Source: Macrostomum lignano
Lineage: Eukaryota
Direction of reading: 5' to 3'
DNA: 64,000 bases
NCBI GenBank assembly: GCA_002269645.1
Contig: NIVC01000877.1
Location: forward strand, 1 to 64,000
In this document: positions 1 through 15,900 of the stretch, piece by piece
How positions within the stretch are numbered: position 1 is the first letter of the stretch
Layout of the letters: every line of letters starts with the position of its first letter
Made by a program: the position numbers and the translations under genes
The notes under the pieces: generated by a model
What the model was told of the DNA's origin: nothing
Seen by the model: only the letters and a program-made list of their open reading frames with translations
Database searches by the model: none

Positions 1-467
<467 letters not shown>

Positions 468-3248
468 AAGAAACGAAAGACAGCCAACATGCAAAGCATT
501 CAGCTTGAGCTCATTTGCCCATTGAAATTGAGCTCGTGTGTTTTACAACCACCGCACGCTGGGAGCTCCTGAGAACTCGTGGGGTTGTTTTTGAATGAAC
601 TCAGTTGAGCTGCAGTGGCGCGTATGGCGCTGTTGCTTGGAACCCCCAAAATTTTTTTCTTAGCCCTCGAGAGGCCACACAGGGACTCCCGCAACCCCCT
701 GTCGCAACGACCCGGGGGTCCCCCACCTCGTCTCGGTTCTGAAACAAAGACTCTGCATGAAACTAAGACTTTATTATTATTATTAGAAAAAATGTGTACA
801 GCACAGAGCACAGAATTAATAACCCAGAAAAATGCCAGACTGAACTCAAATCGGTGTGTTTTTTACAGATTCAGAAATTGATTGAGCAGAAGCCTTGCTT
901 GCCAGGTTCTTTCAGTCCATGAGAAATACGAAGGTTGGAGTGATGAGGAGTATGAGCAGAGTTTCAGAGAAGCTGCACCAGAGCACAGCGGCCTGTGTTC
1001 TCGGCGCTTCCCAATTCCCAAATCAGATCTGAGTTGTACAGATTTATCTTGCCACAATCATTCGCATTTCCGGCCCCATAGCGCAGCCTCGTGGGAGCTC
1101 GCGGGCTTTCGTCGGGCATTGGTTGGAATTGGGAATTAAAATTCACAGATGAGGCGGGGGGCGGGCTGCTCTGCGATTGCACAGGCAGAAGAAGCCGTTA
1201 ATTTTCCTTCTAGAAGAGAGACAGGCAGTCGAGACGGGGGATGCTGCAAACCAGATGACCCTCGGTGTTAAATTTTCAAGCGGCTCCTCCCGTCTCGAGC
1301 GCGCCAGCCCCAACGCCGGTAAAGTGCAGGAAATTCGGAAGGAATCGATATGCCAGTGCTCGAACAAAAACCCGCTCTCGTTCCCTGAGGAGGGCCGCTG
1401 AGGAGACTGGATGATGGAGCCGCCCGACAATCCAGGAAATGCCGGTTAACCAATTGAAGTGCTTTGCCTCTTCAGGCCCCGGTTTGAATCCCTGATGGAA
1501 AAGCAGCGTTCCCCGCTTTGCTTGCTTCTTCGATTGCATTGAATTTTTCTTTAAGCACGATAGAAATAGCAAAGCAGTGCAGAGAGCAGAAGTGTGTTGG
1601 ACACGGCTCTCTTCTCTTGTAGCAAAAGATTATTTTAGTTTCAAACTTTCCGCTCTCAACTTCCCCCACCCGCTCAGTTTTTCCTGGGATCATCGGCGAT
1701 CCCAGTTGCCCCAGTTAGAAAACTAAAATCTCCCAAAAAATCTTTGACGGGAATCAAATGTTGCTACAGACGGTAATTGGCTTTGGTTGCCATGGGGCCC
1801 CCGCCTGTCCTGGGCTTGAAGAGCTGTCCCAAATTTAGAGAAAGATGAACCCGAATAAACGAATTGTCTCTAATTATAAAAAACCAGTCTGAAAATAGAA
1901 AAGAAGTTTGGTTTCAAATTTCGGATTTCTGGCGGTGTTCCTTGGTGTCACTAAAAGTACACTCTAGGGTCCCAAGTTCGAGCTCCTCGAAAGTCGATCA
2001 GGCAGCTGTGGGACCCTGGGGACGCCTCATCAATTTTATCAAGTCGTCGCTGGAGCCCCCGAGCGGAGCGAAAAGTCACGGCCGGAGAAGCAGAGGCCGA
2101 GGTCGGGGATCAGGGTGCCGGGGATCTGCTGAGATCTCTATTAATTAGCTTTGCCTGCCGCTGTAATCACTTCGCCACACGCTGTGTGTAAAAAATGGAG
2201 CCATGGGCAAATTCTTGGAGGGATTTTTGAGGAAGCGGAGCGCGGGATCGAGATGGGATGGGAAGCGAAGATGGCGAGAAGGAGCTTTGGGGAAAAGTCC
2301 CTTGGCTGTCAGGGTGCTGGGGATGGGAGGAGCTGCAGCTTTGGTTTTCGCTTCCAAAGGAGCTGATGCGGCTCCACAGTCTCCCTCAGCTCTCTGCCAG
2401 ATGAGGAGATGGGAGAATATTAGAGGAGAACACGCACTGACGGGGCTGAGAGACAATGAGGCTACGCTAATTCTCGCTTCACTTAATTGCTACGGGAGAG
2501 GCGGGGGGGATGGCCGCAATGGGGAAGACAATTCAATTCAATGGGGAGAAAAATGAAGCAGTCCACGCAAGTCCCAAGTCAGTTTTTAGTTTGTTGCATC
2601 AGCAGCAGCCCCCAGTTAGCCATGCAGGGAAAGTGACGGGTGGCTTCGATAAAGACAAGATAGAAATAATAATACAGACAGGGCCAGCAATTGCATTATG
2701 CAAAGCAATTTGGGACCTGCGTAGCCATAGGCCGCAAATTGGGGGCTGATTTCTGTCTGTTGCTGTCCCAACCCAGTTCTCGCGAAGTTGTCGCTCCTGT
2801 GTTGCCCCGTGGTAGCTGGGACCGGCTGACTCAGCCTCTGTACCTCATCACCCCCGTGGGACCGCTGACCATTTCCCAGTGAGCTGGACTCAGTCGGTTG
2901 AAAATCCCAGCTCGAGGATTTGCAGTCTTTTTTTCTATCGAAGGCTCCGAGATTTGTGGCGACTGGCGGACGAGACTGAGCAGGGGGACCACAGGGCATG
3001 TGAAAGCCCATGCAGGCGGACCTTTTCATTATCGATTCTTAATGCACACCAATAATTCATTTCTTTGAACTTTCCTGTCGCATAAACAGTCAACTCGCGC
3101 GTCAGTTGTGAAGAATTTACTAAACTTTAAAACTTAGATTGTGGAATTCGGTTTTGCTGTTTTGAAATTAGCGAGGATTTTGTGGACCTCGATTTTAGTC
3201 ACTTATCACTTCGACGTTTTCTGTTTCCTTGAGATAGGGGCGCCAAGC

Positions 3249-4788
<1,540 letters not shown>

Positions 4789-5443
4789 CCCGCTAAGTAC
4801 TTTCTTTACCCCTCTCTGAATCCCCTGGAAGCCAGCAGAGGTCGATATCCGCACCCAAACTTCAGACCCACGCCAGGATTTCCGCTTGAGCTGAGCAGTG
4901 CAGAGTCGAACCCCGGCTTCTCCCCATCCCAGCTCAATAATCCCAGGGCGCTCGGGAGCGTCACCAGCGCTGCGGAACTTCTGGTTCAAGAAATTCCTCT
5001 CTACTTCTCCGCTCTGGGAGTTGATAGAAAAGAAAAGTTTGCAGGCTGACAGAGAGGGGTCGGGTGGAGCACAATGCAACAAGGACAAAAGTCGCTAAAC
5101 TCCCCCACCCTGTGCCGGCACTCAGCTTGAGAAACTGAGAGAGAGAGAAGAGAAGAGAAAGAAAGCAACGAGGGCACGGAGAGCCACGGCTTTCCTTTGT
5201 TGCCTGGAAAACGGACAAAAAGACTTCCTGCTTTGGTGACTCCAGTGAGCCACAGGTGCTTTTCTGCTTTCGGGCTGTTAAACCCTTAAAGTATTTTTGG
5301 ATGCTGAAAGGCCTTGGAGCCGGCTTTCTAGCAGCGATTTCGATGAGCTCTGAACCCCCTCCCCTGAATCTAAATGATTCTGAAAGCCTTTTCCATTGAT
5401 TCTGGCGACCGCCTCTCTGACTCACGACTGCGGCTCTCCGTCA

Positions 5444-7055
5444 GATTCTATCTGACACAGGTTCTATCTGACACAGGTTCTATCTAACACAGGTTCTATC
5501 TGACACAGGTTCTATCTGACAGATTCTATCTGACACAGGTTCTATCTGACACAGGTTCTATCTGACACAGGTTCTATCTGACACAGGTTCTATCTGACAC
5601 AGATTCCATCTGACACAGATTCTATCTGACAGATTCTATCTGACACAGATTCTATCTGACAGATTCTATCTGACACAGATTCTATCTGACACAGAATCTA
5701 TCTGACACAGATTCTATCTGACACAGATTCTATCTGACACAGATTCTATCTGACACAGATTCTATCTGACACAGATTCTAACTGACACAGATTCTATCTG
5801 ACACAGATTCTAACTGACACAGATTCTATCTGACACAGGTTCTATCTGACACAGGTTCTATCTGACACAGGTTCTATCTGACACAGATTCTATCTGACAC
5901 AGATTCTATCTGACAGATTCTATCTGACACAGATTCTATCTGACAGATTCTATCTGACACAGATTCTATCTGACACAGAATCTATCTGACACAGATTCTA
6001 TCTGACACAGAATCTATCTGACACAGATTCTATCTGACAGATTCTATCTGACACAGATTCTATCTGACACAGATTCTATCTGACAGATTCTATCTGACAG
6101 ATTCTATCTGACACAGATTCTATCTGACACAGATTCTATCTGACACAGATTCTATCTGACACAGATTCTATCTGACACAGATTCTATCTGACACAGATTC
6201 TATCTGACACAGATTCTAACTGACACAGATTCTATCTGACACAGGTTCTATCTGACACAGGTTCTATCTGACACAGGTTCTATCCGACACAGATTCTATC
6301 TGACAGATTCTATCTGACACAGATTCTTTCTGACAGATTCTATCTGACACAGATTCTATCTGACACAGAATCTATCTGACACAGATTCTATCTGACACAG
6401 ATTCTATCTGACAGATTCTATCTGACACAGATTCTATCTGACAGATTCTATCTGACACAGATTCTATCTGACACAGAATCTATCTGACACAGATTCTATC
6501 TGACACAGAATCTATCTGACACAGATTCTATCTGACAGATTCTATCTGACAGATTCTATCTGACACAGAATCTATCTGACACAGATTCTATCTGACAGAT
6601 TCTATCTGACACAGATTCCATCTGCCACAGATTCCATCTGACACAGGTTCTATCTGACACAGGTTCTATCTGAAACAGATTCTATCTGACAGATAATTCC
6701 TGACACAGATTCTATCTGACACAGATTCTATCTGACAGATTCTATCTGACACAGATTCTATCTGACAGATTCTATCTGACACAGATTCTATCTGACACAG
6801 AATCTATCTGACACAGATTCTATCTGACACAGAATCTATCTGACACAGATTCTATCTGACAGATTCTATCTGACAGATTCTATCTGACACAGAATCTATC
6901 TGACACAGATTCTATCTGACAGATTCTATCTGACACAGATTCCATCTGCCACAGATTCCATCTGACACAGGTTCTATCTGACACAGGTTCTATCTGAAAC
7001 AGATTCTATCTGACAGATAATTCCTGACACAGATTCTATCTGACAGATAATTCCT
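5444..7055. repeat. Minisatellite, 16-mer ACACAGATTCTATCTG with 14-mer variants
   Basis: About 100 tandem units visible. Confidence 0.97.
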
Positions 7056-7529
7056 GACACAAATAATCTCTAAAAAACTCCCAGATAGATTCAGCAGAAC
7101 TCAGCGAGCCGTTCACAACCCTGTTGCTCATTTATTAGCATTTTAAAAGCAGCAATTTTAATCATGCATGGAGAGCAATTTTTAGAACAATGCATTTTCC
7201 TGTTCTTCAGCAGCGGGGATAACAATGACAATGGGATCTGCCCGTATGGCCCAATGGGATTTGAAAAGACCCAGTCGAGCGGCAGAAACAGAAGGGCAGT
7301 TTCTATGGCAGTGAGCGGCAACTTCAAAGTGAAAATACGATAATAAAATGTCGTGCACGCAGCCACGCATGAAGTCAAAGTGGGCCAGGGATCAAGTCTG
7401 AATACCCCACAGGCATGTTAGGCATTGATCTAGTCAGTGCTGATTTTCAGTTGTTAAGTCCCGGATTCATTATTGGAAACACTTAGACTTGGAATGGCTG
7501 GTCTCTTTTGTCTCTTCCGAATTCCCTTC

Positions 7530-7915
7530 TTTCTTATCTCTCCCTCCCTTATCTCTTATCCCTCTCCGTTTTCTCTCACCTCTCCTCTTCTCTCTTCTCT
7601 CTCTCTCTTTTCTCTCTCATCTCTCTCCCTTCTCTCTCATCTCTCCCTCCGTTCTCTCTATCTCTTCTCTTCTCTCTTATCTCTCCCTGCCTTCTCTCTC
7701 ATCTCTCCCTGCCTCCTTCTCTCTCATCTCTCCCTGCCTCCTTCTCTCTTATCTCTCCCTCCCTTCTTCTTTCTTATCTCTCCTCCCTACTATCTTCTCT
7801 CCTCTTCTCTCTCATCTCTCCCTCCCTTCTCTCTCATCTCTCCCTCACTTCTCTCTCATCTCTCCCTCACTCCTCTCTCATCTCTCCCTCCCTTCTCTCT
7901 TATCCTTCTCCAGCA
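7530..7915. repeat. CT-rich low-complexity/degenerate minisatellite
   Basis: Pyrimidine tract built from CTTCTCTCTCATCTCTCCCT-like units. Confidence 0.9.
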
Positions 7916-8754
7916 TCTCCCATTCTCAGTTAAAAAGCAGTGGATGGATATCTAACAGTCCTTCCTGTATCCCAAAAAGAATTCAAAATCACTGCGCGTT
8001 GAGTCAGTCGCAGCGGGTCGAGCCAACTTGAATAGGGAAAGCAGAGTGGAAACGGAAGGAGAAACTTCAAGCCAAGGGGAGTCTCTCCTCTGTCCCCTCA
8101 TCCTATCCTCTTCCCTTACGGGCCGAGAGTAAAGAAACGGTACTGGGGATGCCCGCCTAACCGGATAATGCAATCGCTGTGTTCCCTACAAATTGCCTGT
8201 AACTGGCAGCTGCCTGTCTGCACTCTGCTATTTCTGCTGCGACACAGCCCGGCGGGTCAAGAATGGCATTGGATAGCCCGGGATCTGCTGCCGCTTTCCC
8301 ATCCGGAAAATCTCCCACACTCGGTGGGGGGGGGGGGCTGGGGATCCCCTCGGGCGGATGGCCAACAAAAACAAAAAACTGCAGCGCGCATAATTATTCA
8401 AAGCCTGGAGTTGCATTTTTTGTCCCCAACCGAAACCCCCCCCTAAGCTATTGTTTCCTTTGTGCTCTATGCAGTAATGATATTCAAACAGGCTTCAAGG
8501 TGACATTGGGGGGCTGAGGAGGTCACCAAAGGCTGTCATATAAGCCAGTGAGTCACATTGTCTGAGCAGATTGACAAACTGTTCTTTGCTTCAGCAAGGC
8601 CTGCTGTTGCTTCTGTTGGTTGGGGCTTTTTTAAGAGGCCTCGGAGCCAGTGGGCTGGGGATTAACGCATTTCCTGAGATTGCACTCACATGTTTGACTC
8701 AGAGCGAATTCAATGCATTGGAAGGCCTGACAACTGTGGTTTAAAACTCTGTAA

Positions 8755-8952
8755 TGAGACACTCACTAATGCCAGAGACATTGGGTCATGAGACACTCGC
8801 TAATGCCAGAGACATTGGGTCATGAGACACTCGCTAATACCAGAGACATTGGGTCATGAGACACTCGCTAATGCCAGAGACATTGGGTCATGAGACACTC
8901 GCTAATGCCAGAGACATTGGGTCATGAGACACTCGCTAATGCCAGAGACATT
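8755..8952. repeat. 34-bp minisatellite (CATGAGACACTCGCTAATGCCAGAGACATTGGGT)
   Basis: 5-6 tandem copies, period 34. Confidence 0.95.
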
Positions 8953-9410
8953 TTATACCTCATTCGCAACCCTACTGTCATCCATGAGAGCATGTTTAAA
9001 ACGAGTTTCTAAGCTGAGCCTCATCACCCCGGTCCCAGCATCACTCGTGCGCACGCAGAGTGTCATCTTCAAAACAGTCAGCGGCGCCTGTTCAAACAGA
9101 GCGTCAGGGGCAGAAATCGTGCTGCTGAATGGCTGCCAACGGATCAGCCTGAAGCTGCAACAACTGAGAATTTTTCTGTCTCCCTCTGTTGTGTCAGCAA
9201 ACACCCTGCCCACGGAAGCGCTCCTCCTCAAGCCGTTTGAGTTTGAGCAGCTTCAGTTTCTGCTCTCCGGGTGCCCCGGGGCTAAACTGGCTGTGCGGTA
9301 AAAGGCAATGATACCCGTATAGTGGAGGCTTAAGCTTGCGGACCTTGAAAGGGAAGTCTGTTTCTGGGCCTTAGAGACACGCCTTTGAAGACTTGTTAGA
9401 GGAGGCTAGG

Positions 9411-9583
9411 AGTTAGATGGTCTGTCTGCCGAGTTAGATGGTCTGTCTGCCGAGTTAGATGGTCTGTCTGCCGAGTTAGATGGTCTGTCTGCCGAGTTAG
9501 ATGGTCTGTCTGCCGAGTTAGATGATCTGTCTGCCGAGTTAGATGGTCTGTCTGCCGAGTTAGATGGTCTGTCTGCCGAGTTA
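9411..9583. repeat. 21-bp minisatellite (GAGTTAGATGGTCTGTCTGCC)
   Basis: About 8 tandem copies. Confidence 0.95.
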
Positions 9584-9959
9584 GGGGTCTACACGTATCT
9601 GCTTGTACTTTATTCACAGTTCCCGTCACCTCAAGCTCAAAGCTGCGCTTTTGCTCTCACCTAGAGGCTTTTGAAAATTTTTTCAAAAAACCTCTCCAAC
9701 AATGAAAACTGTCTCAAGTAAAGATTTGCAGCGAAGCTGTTTGCTTTGAGATGCTTAAAATCGCAAAGTCTTCAATTAAAGGCTTCAGTTCAGGGCGTTC
9801 AACGGTTCATGCGAAATTTGCAGCTTTAATTGAGGTGTCAGTCACCTCCTCAGTGCACTCGCGACACCCCTGCTGTCCTCTGCTCTCCTCTGCTCCTGTG
9901 TCCCTCCAGCACTCGCTTGCTGCAGCTTTCTCCCGACCTTGCACACTTCCTTTCTCCCT

Positions 9960-10395
9960 TAATCTGCATCCTCTCCCCCTTATCTACACCCTCTCCCCCC
10001 TATCTGCACCCTCTCCCCCCTGTCTGCACCCTCTCCCCTTATCTACACCCTCTCCCCCTATCTGCACCCTCTCCCCCCTGTCTGCACCCTCTCCCCCTAT
10101 CTGCACCCTCTCCCCCCTGTCTGCACCCTCTCCCCCTTATCTGCACCCTCTCCCCCTATCTGCACCCTCTCCCCCCCTATCTGCATCCTCTCCCCCTTAT
10201 CTACACCCTCTCCCCCCTATCTGCACCCTCTCCCCCCTATCTGCACCCTCTCCCCCCTATCTGCACCCTCTCCCCCCTATCTGCATCCTCTCACCCCTAT
10301 CTGCACCCTCTACCCCCTATATGCACCCTCTCCCTCCTATCTGCATTCTCTCACCCCTATATGCACCCTCTGCCTCCCCTATCTGCACCCTCTCC
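9960..10395. repeat. ~20-21-bp C-rich minisatellite (CTCTCCCCCTATCTGCACC)
   Basis: Tandem degenerate copies. Confidence 0.92.
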
Positions 10396-11770
10396 CACAA
10401 AAGCACAGAATCAGCCAGCGCCCCATCAGCAATTAGCACCAAAGCAGTTCCCCAGAGTCCACAGGCGCAGGCAAAACAGGCAAAAACTGCCAAAGCAGAA
10501 GTGACAATTTCTTCAGTCCATACAGAAGCCAATCACTAAATTATTCAAACCCAATTATCAATTTCTCACCCGCTAAGTCCCGCCAACTCATTTTGAAGGC
10601 TTCCCAGCTGTCAGAGGGGACGATGGTGCGCAGTTGACGAGAACAGAAAACTGAAAGAAACAAAAGCAGAATTGCGGAACAATATGCTAAATAACAATGC
10701 CGCATGCAGTTCTGTGGCTTTTGGGGCTTCCCCAGTAATTACTCTGGGTAGCTCAGGGGATGCTGGCAGCGGATGCCCTCCTCAGAATCGTGCAGATCCC
10801 GATCTGTGGGGAAAAAGCGGTCTACATTTTTTTTAAAACAAAATTGGCGGAAATCGGGGAGAAATTCGAGTAAAAGATCCCTGCTGCAGGAGAGAGGGGG
10901 GCGGCACGTGCGGCACCCAGGGCTCTTCGCTGAAGTGGATCTTGGGCATTTCCCCAGGTCCTGGCGATCGCTGCACACTGAAAGAATGAGGAACTCAAGA
11001 ATCCCCGGGCCCCGTGATCCTCTGGCTGCGGTAATAACGCCAAGCAGGGATGCTTTTTGAGGATCAGAATCCTAGCTTAACTCCAATTATCCCCTGCTGT
11101 AACCTCTCCTCATTTTTTACGATCCTCGAGGCTCCGGCGGCGCCTGGTTAATTCTCTTCGGTAAAATTCTCTGATCAATTTTAATTCCAAAGCCGGATTC
11201 GAACTTCCCACCGCCTTTCTCGTCTGCTTCGTCCGCCCTTCTGTTAAAATAAAAAGAAATGCAGAAACTGCCAGTCTGAAGGTCTGCCGGGTTATTGTCC
11301 GACACGCGATGTCAGCCCCTGGGGCCATTGATGAAGACCGGACGACACTGGAGGGTCAAGAGGGGGTCCCCCATCAACTCAGTCAAGTGGTTGCTCATCT
11401 CGCAGCGGGCATGAGCTCTCACAATTATTTATCAACTCATTTCTCTTGCTGACGGCTCATTTTTTGCGTTTCCCGACCGTTGATGACGTAATCACTGAAT
11501 GCTCTGGAGCGGCACCGTCTGCCTCGCGTCTCGATCTCTCTAACAATAAGTTCTTAATTTAATCTGATATCCCCGTGAGCTCCGGGCCGCTAAATAGATA
11601 AATTGTACCCAAGCCTTTGTGAATAACAATCTGGACTGTTTGGGCCTTGATAAAAATTTACTGGACAAAGATTTCTCGCACAAAGACTGGACCAGGGTAT
11701 GAATCACAGCAAATGTAGCGTTTGGTGACGGATCGTTTGATCTGGGCAGCAATGGGAATTGTAGTGACAC

Positions 11771-11891
<121 letters not shown>

Positions 11892-12901
11892 TGCACAATC
11901 AGCAGTCCCCATTCCCATGCTGAGCCCAGGCGAATATTCATATTCTCAGCCTCAGAAATATCTGGTGCATACGAGAGAAGCCGGTCACGCAATGCGAGAA
12001 AAAACTGCAGACCCCAATAAACTGCAGTCTGTCACTGCAGGCCAAGCCCCGGGGTCGCTTCAGAGTTTTCCATAATTTCTTCATTCTTTCTTCATCTCCC
12101 AGCCTCCATCTCTCCCCTCTCCTTCTCTTATTTTTTCTCATCTTTTGTTGCGTCTCAGGAAGAGCCACCGCACAGCCCCTGGGGGCCGCCTTCGGAGACA
12201 GACGGGCGGGGGGCGTGGCGGCACTGAGGTCGGGGGCTCCAACCCGAGGGGATCCGGGGCGATTCCGCAGCCCGCAGCCGTCCCGCTGTCACAATCAATT
12301 TGATTGGGGCGCCAAAGTTGACAGCAAATCGTCTGGGGCTTCTCCTGCGCTCTCCCGAGCTTCGGTTTGTTCCCCTTAGTTGCTAAGCGGAGAGCTGGGA
12401 AACTTCCCTTGGACAGAGACCGGGGTAATCGTGAATGCGGGGCTGGATTTACAGTTTTATTCAGACGAGGCGCACTGAAATCCAATCTAGAATGCGAATA
12501 AAAGGCTTCCATTGTCTCGAGCCCCGGTCCAATGCGGCCCGACAGTCTCGCCCAGAGATTAAAATGTTCCCCACTCCCCACTTCCCCGAATGAACGGCCG
12601 GGGACCCCGCAGCCACGGGGGTCTGCGTGTGCATTGATTTTTATCAAGAATTAAGAGGGGGCGGGACCTCTGTGTAGCCAGAAGGACGGGAATTCCCGGC
12701 TGCTTCCAACTGATGGAGCGCCACTCCAGCATCCCCCCAGAGCCCCCCGCCTCTCCCTGTCCGTCTTTGAGGTCGCATCTGATCGACTGACCGCTCTGGT
12801 GCAGATTTTATCGCTGCGTGTTTTTTGTCCACACCTGAGCCAACCGCGAATCGCAACTTGTATTGCAGAGGCGACTTAAAACGTTCAGACTGGTTGTTGC
12901 C

Positions 12902-15900
12902 ATGGCGACGGGGCTTAGGCCGCTGCTCGCTCTTCTGCCGCTGCTGCTGCTGGGCGCCCGACCGGCCGACTCAGCGGAGGTCTCCTACCGCATCAACGAG
13001 GAGAGCAACCTGTGGGCCACCGTGGGCAACATCTGGAAGAGCCTGGCCGGCTCGGGCCCGGTGCCCGCCTTCAGCATCGTGCCGAAGTCCGCCTACTTCG
13101 ACATCGACGCTGACGGCAATGTCCGCATTGGCGCCAGGATCGACCGCGAGGACCCGGTGGCCTGTCCGGGCGCCTCAGAGTCCACGCCATGCGTCATCGA
13201 GTTCAACGCCTTCCGGGGCGCCTCCTCGCGGATTCTCGTCCACGTCACCATCGATGACATCAACGACAACTCGCCGGTGTTCAAGGAGCCGCATAAGATT
13301 CTGTCTATCGAGGAGGGCGACAGAAATTTCCGGCACCCGCTGGACTTGGCCACCGATGCGGACATCGGCGACAACGGCATGGCCGTCCGGGGCAAGTACT
13401 TCCTGCAGGAGGACGCGGGTGGCATCTTTGCCTTGGCGCAGACGGACCCGGGGTTCCTCAGCTTGACGCTGAACGGCCAGCCAAACATCGACTATGAGGC
13501 GGAGCGGCAGTACAACCTGACACTCACCGCGTGCGATGGCGGCATGGAGCAGAGGTGCAGCAGCCAGCTGCTCATTGTGCAGGTGAGCTTTATGTCGCAT
13601 TTTTTATTGACGAAGCCAATCAGAAGCGAGGAAGGGCTAAGGGATGTATGTGTCGGAGCTTGAGCCAATCAGAAGCGACGAAGGGATAGGGATGTACTTG
13701 TTGGAGCTTGAGCCAATCACAAGCGATGTACCTGTCATCCCCGTCAGGTGAAGGACAGGAACGACAACTCGCCAAACGTGACCCGAATCTCGGTGCGCGA
13801 GGTGTCGGAGAACCTGGCCATCGGCGGCCTCGTGGCCACCATCGAGGCCCACGACAGGGACAGCGGACGAAACGCCGAGCTGGACTTCAGCATCACCGAC
13901 CCAGAGCTCGCCCGCGTCTTCGACATCGACCGGGCCGGCAGGGTGACGCTGAAGAAGCCGCTGAACGCTAAGAAGCAGGCTGTCTACGAGGTGCAGCTGA
14001 TGGTGTCGGACAACGGCAGTCCGCGGCGCCAGACGCCCGCCAAATTCACCGTGCAGGTTTCTGACATCAACGACCATGCGCCGAGCATCGAGGTGTCGCC
14101 AATGTCCGCAACAGACGGCGGCCAGCAGCCGCAGCAGTCTAATGATATCCTGGTGGCCGAGAACAAGCCCTCGGCCATCCTGGCCCTCATCGAGGCCAAA
14201 GACGACGACCTCGGCGACAACGCGCGCGTTGAGTGCCAGCTGGCCAGCCACGACCGGAAGGGCTTCCAACTGGAGGGCATCGGCAAAGGCCAGTACATGC
14301 TGCACCTGCGCACCGCCTTCGACTACGAGAACTCGCCAGCCGAGTCCGTCCGCATCAACTGCCAGGACTTCGGCCGGCCACCGAAGAACTCCACGAAGAG
14401 CGTGCTGGTGCGCTTCCGCAACGTCAACGAGTTTCAGCCGCGATTCGATGATGTCATGCCGACGCGCACCTCCGTGGAGGAGACGCCGGGCGACTCCAGC
14501 CTGCCGGACAACCTCGGCCGGACGGTTCTCGCACTGGTCGCCGAGGACCGCGACCGCAACGACGTCATGACCTTCAGCCTGGATGACAGTCCAGACGCGG
14601 CCTTCTTCGAGGTGGCCAACGCGGCCTCGAGCTACTCGGAGAGCCGCGGCCTGACGGAGGCGCGTGCCGAGCTGCGCATCCGCAGCCCCATCGACAGGGA
14701 CACCATGCCGGAGGCCGGCGGCGGCCTGCTGAAGTTCGGCGTCCGGCTGGTGGACACCGCCGATGCCAGCGGGGTTCAGCACTCGGCTAGCGTTAGCCTC
14801 ACCATCAGCATCATGGACGTCAACGACAACCGGCCGGAGATCCTGCCGCCGCTGGTCTTCCGACTGCGGGAGGACTCGAGGCCCGGCAGCATCGCGCTGG
14901 GCTGGCCGGGGGAAGCACAGCAGCTGGCGAGTCTGGACAAGGACCAGGTAGGTGCTTTTCTCTGGTTTTCCGAACAGTGCTTTACTGAAAAATCTTAGCC
15001 ACAGATATTAATCTTCTAGTCTATGGGTGGGCCAAGCCTAAGTTCTGCAGAGTCTTTCCTACTGAGCATGGCCAGCCGCGCTGACCACATGATTACCTTA
15101 ACCATGCACAGTGCAATTTTTACCGCCGTCTTTGTACACCTGAAAAGGCTTTGCATAGCAGAGCGCTGAAATGGCAGCGATAGTCTATGGCCAGTCCTGG
15201 CAGCGATAGTCTATGGCCAGTTATGGCAGCGATAGTCTATGGCCAGTCCTAGCGGTGATAGTCTATGGCCAGTCATGGCAGCGATAGTCTATGGCCAGTC
15301 CTAGCGGTGATAGTCTATGGCCAGTCCTGGCAGCTATAGTCTATGGCTAGTCCTAGTAGGTATAGTCTCTGGCCAGTCCTGGCAGCTATAGTCTATGGCC
15401 AGTCCTAGTAGGTATAGTCTATGGCCAGTCCTGGCAGCTATAGTCTATGGCCAGTCCTAGTAGGTATAGTCTATGGCCAGTCCTGGCAGCTATAGTCTAT
15501 GGCTAGTCCTGGCAGCTATAGTCTATGGCCAGTCCTGGCAGGTATAGTCTATGGCCAGTCATGGCAGCGATAGTCTATGGCCAGTCCTAGCAGCGATAGC
15601 CTATGGCTAGTCCTGGCAGCTATAGTCTATGGCCAGTCCTAGCAGCGATAGTCTATGGCTAATCCTGGCAGCTATAGTCTATTACCAGTCCTGGCAGGTA
15701 TAGTCTCTGGCCAGTCCTAGCAGCGATAGTCTATGGCCAGTCTTGGCAGGTATAGTCTCTGGCCAGTCCTAGCAGCGATAGTCTATCGCCAATCCTAGCA
15801 GCTATAGTCTCTGGCCAGTCCTAGCAGCGATAGTCTATCGCCAATCCTAGCAGCTATAGTCTCTGGCCAGTCTTGCTGAACTACTGTTGGTGTCTTCGCT

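Noticed and set aside
8953-9301. Overlapping ORFs on both strands near 9 kb
   Set aside because: No recognisable domain or consistent splice structure; left unannotated.
13637-14782. 381-aa minus-strand ORF and similar antisense ORFs over other GC-rich exons
   Set aside because: Antisense shadows of high-GC3 coding exons.
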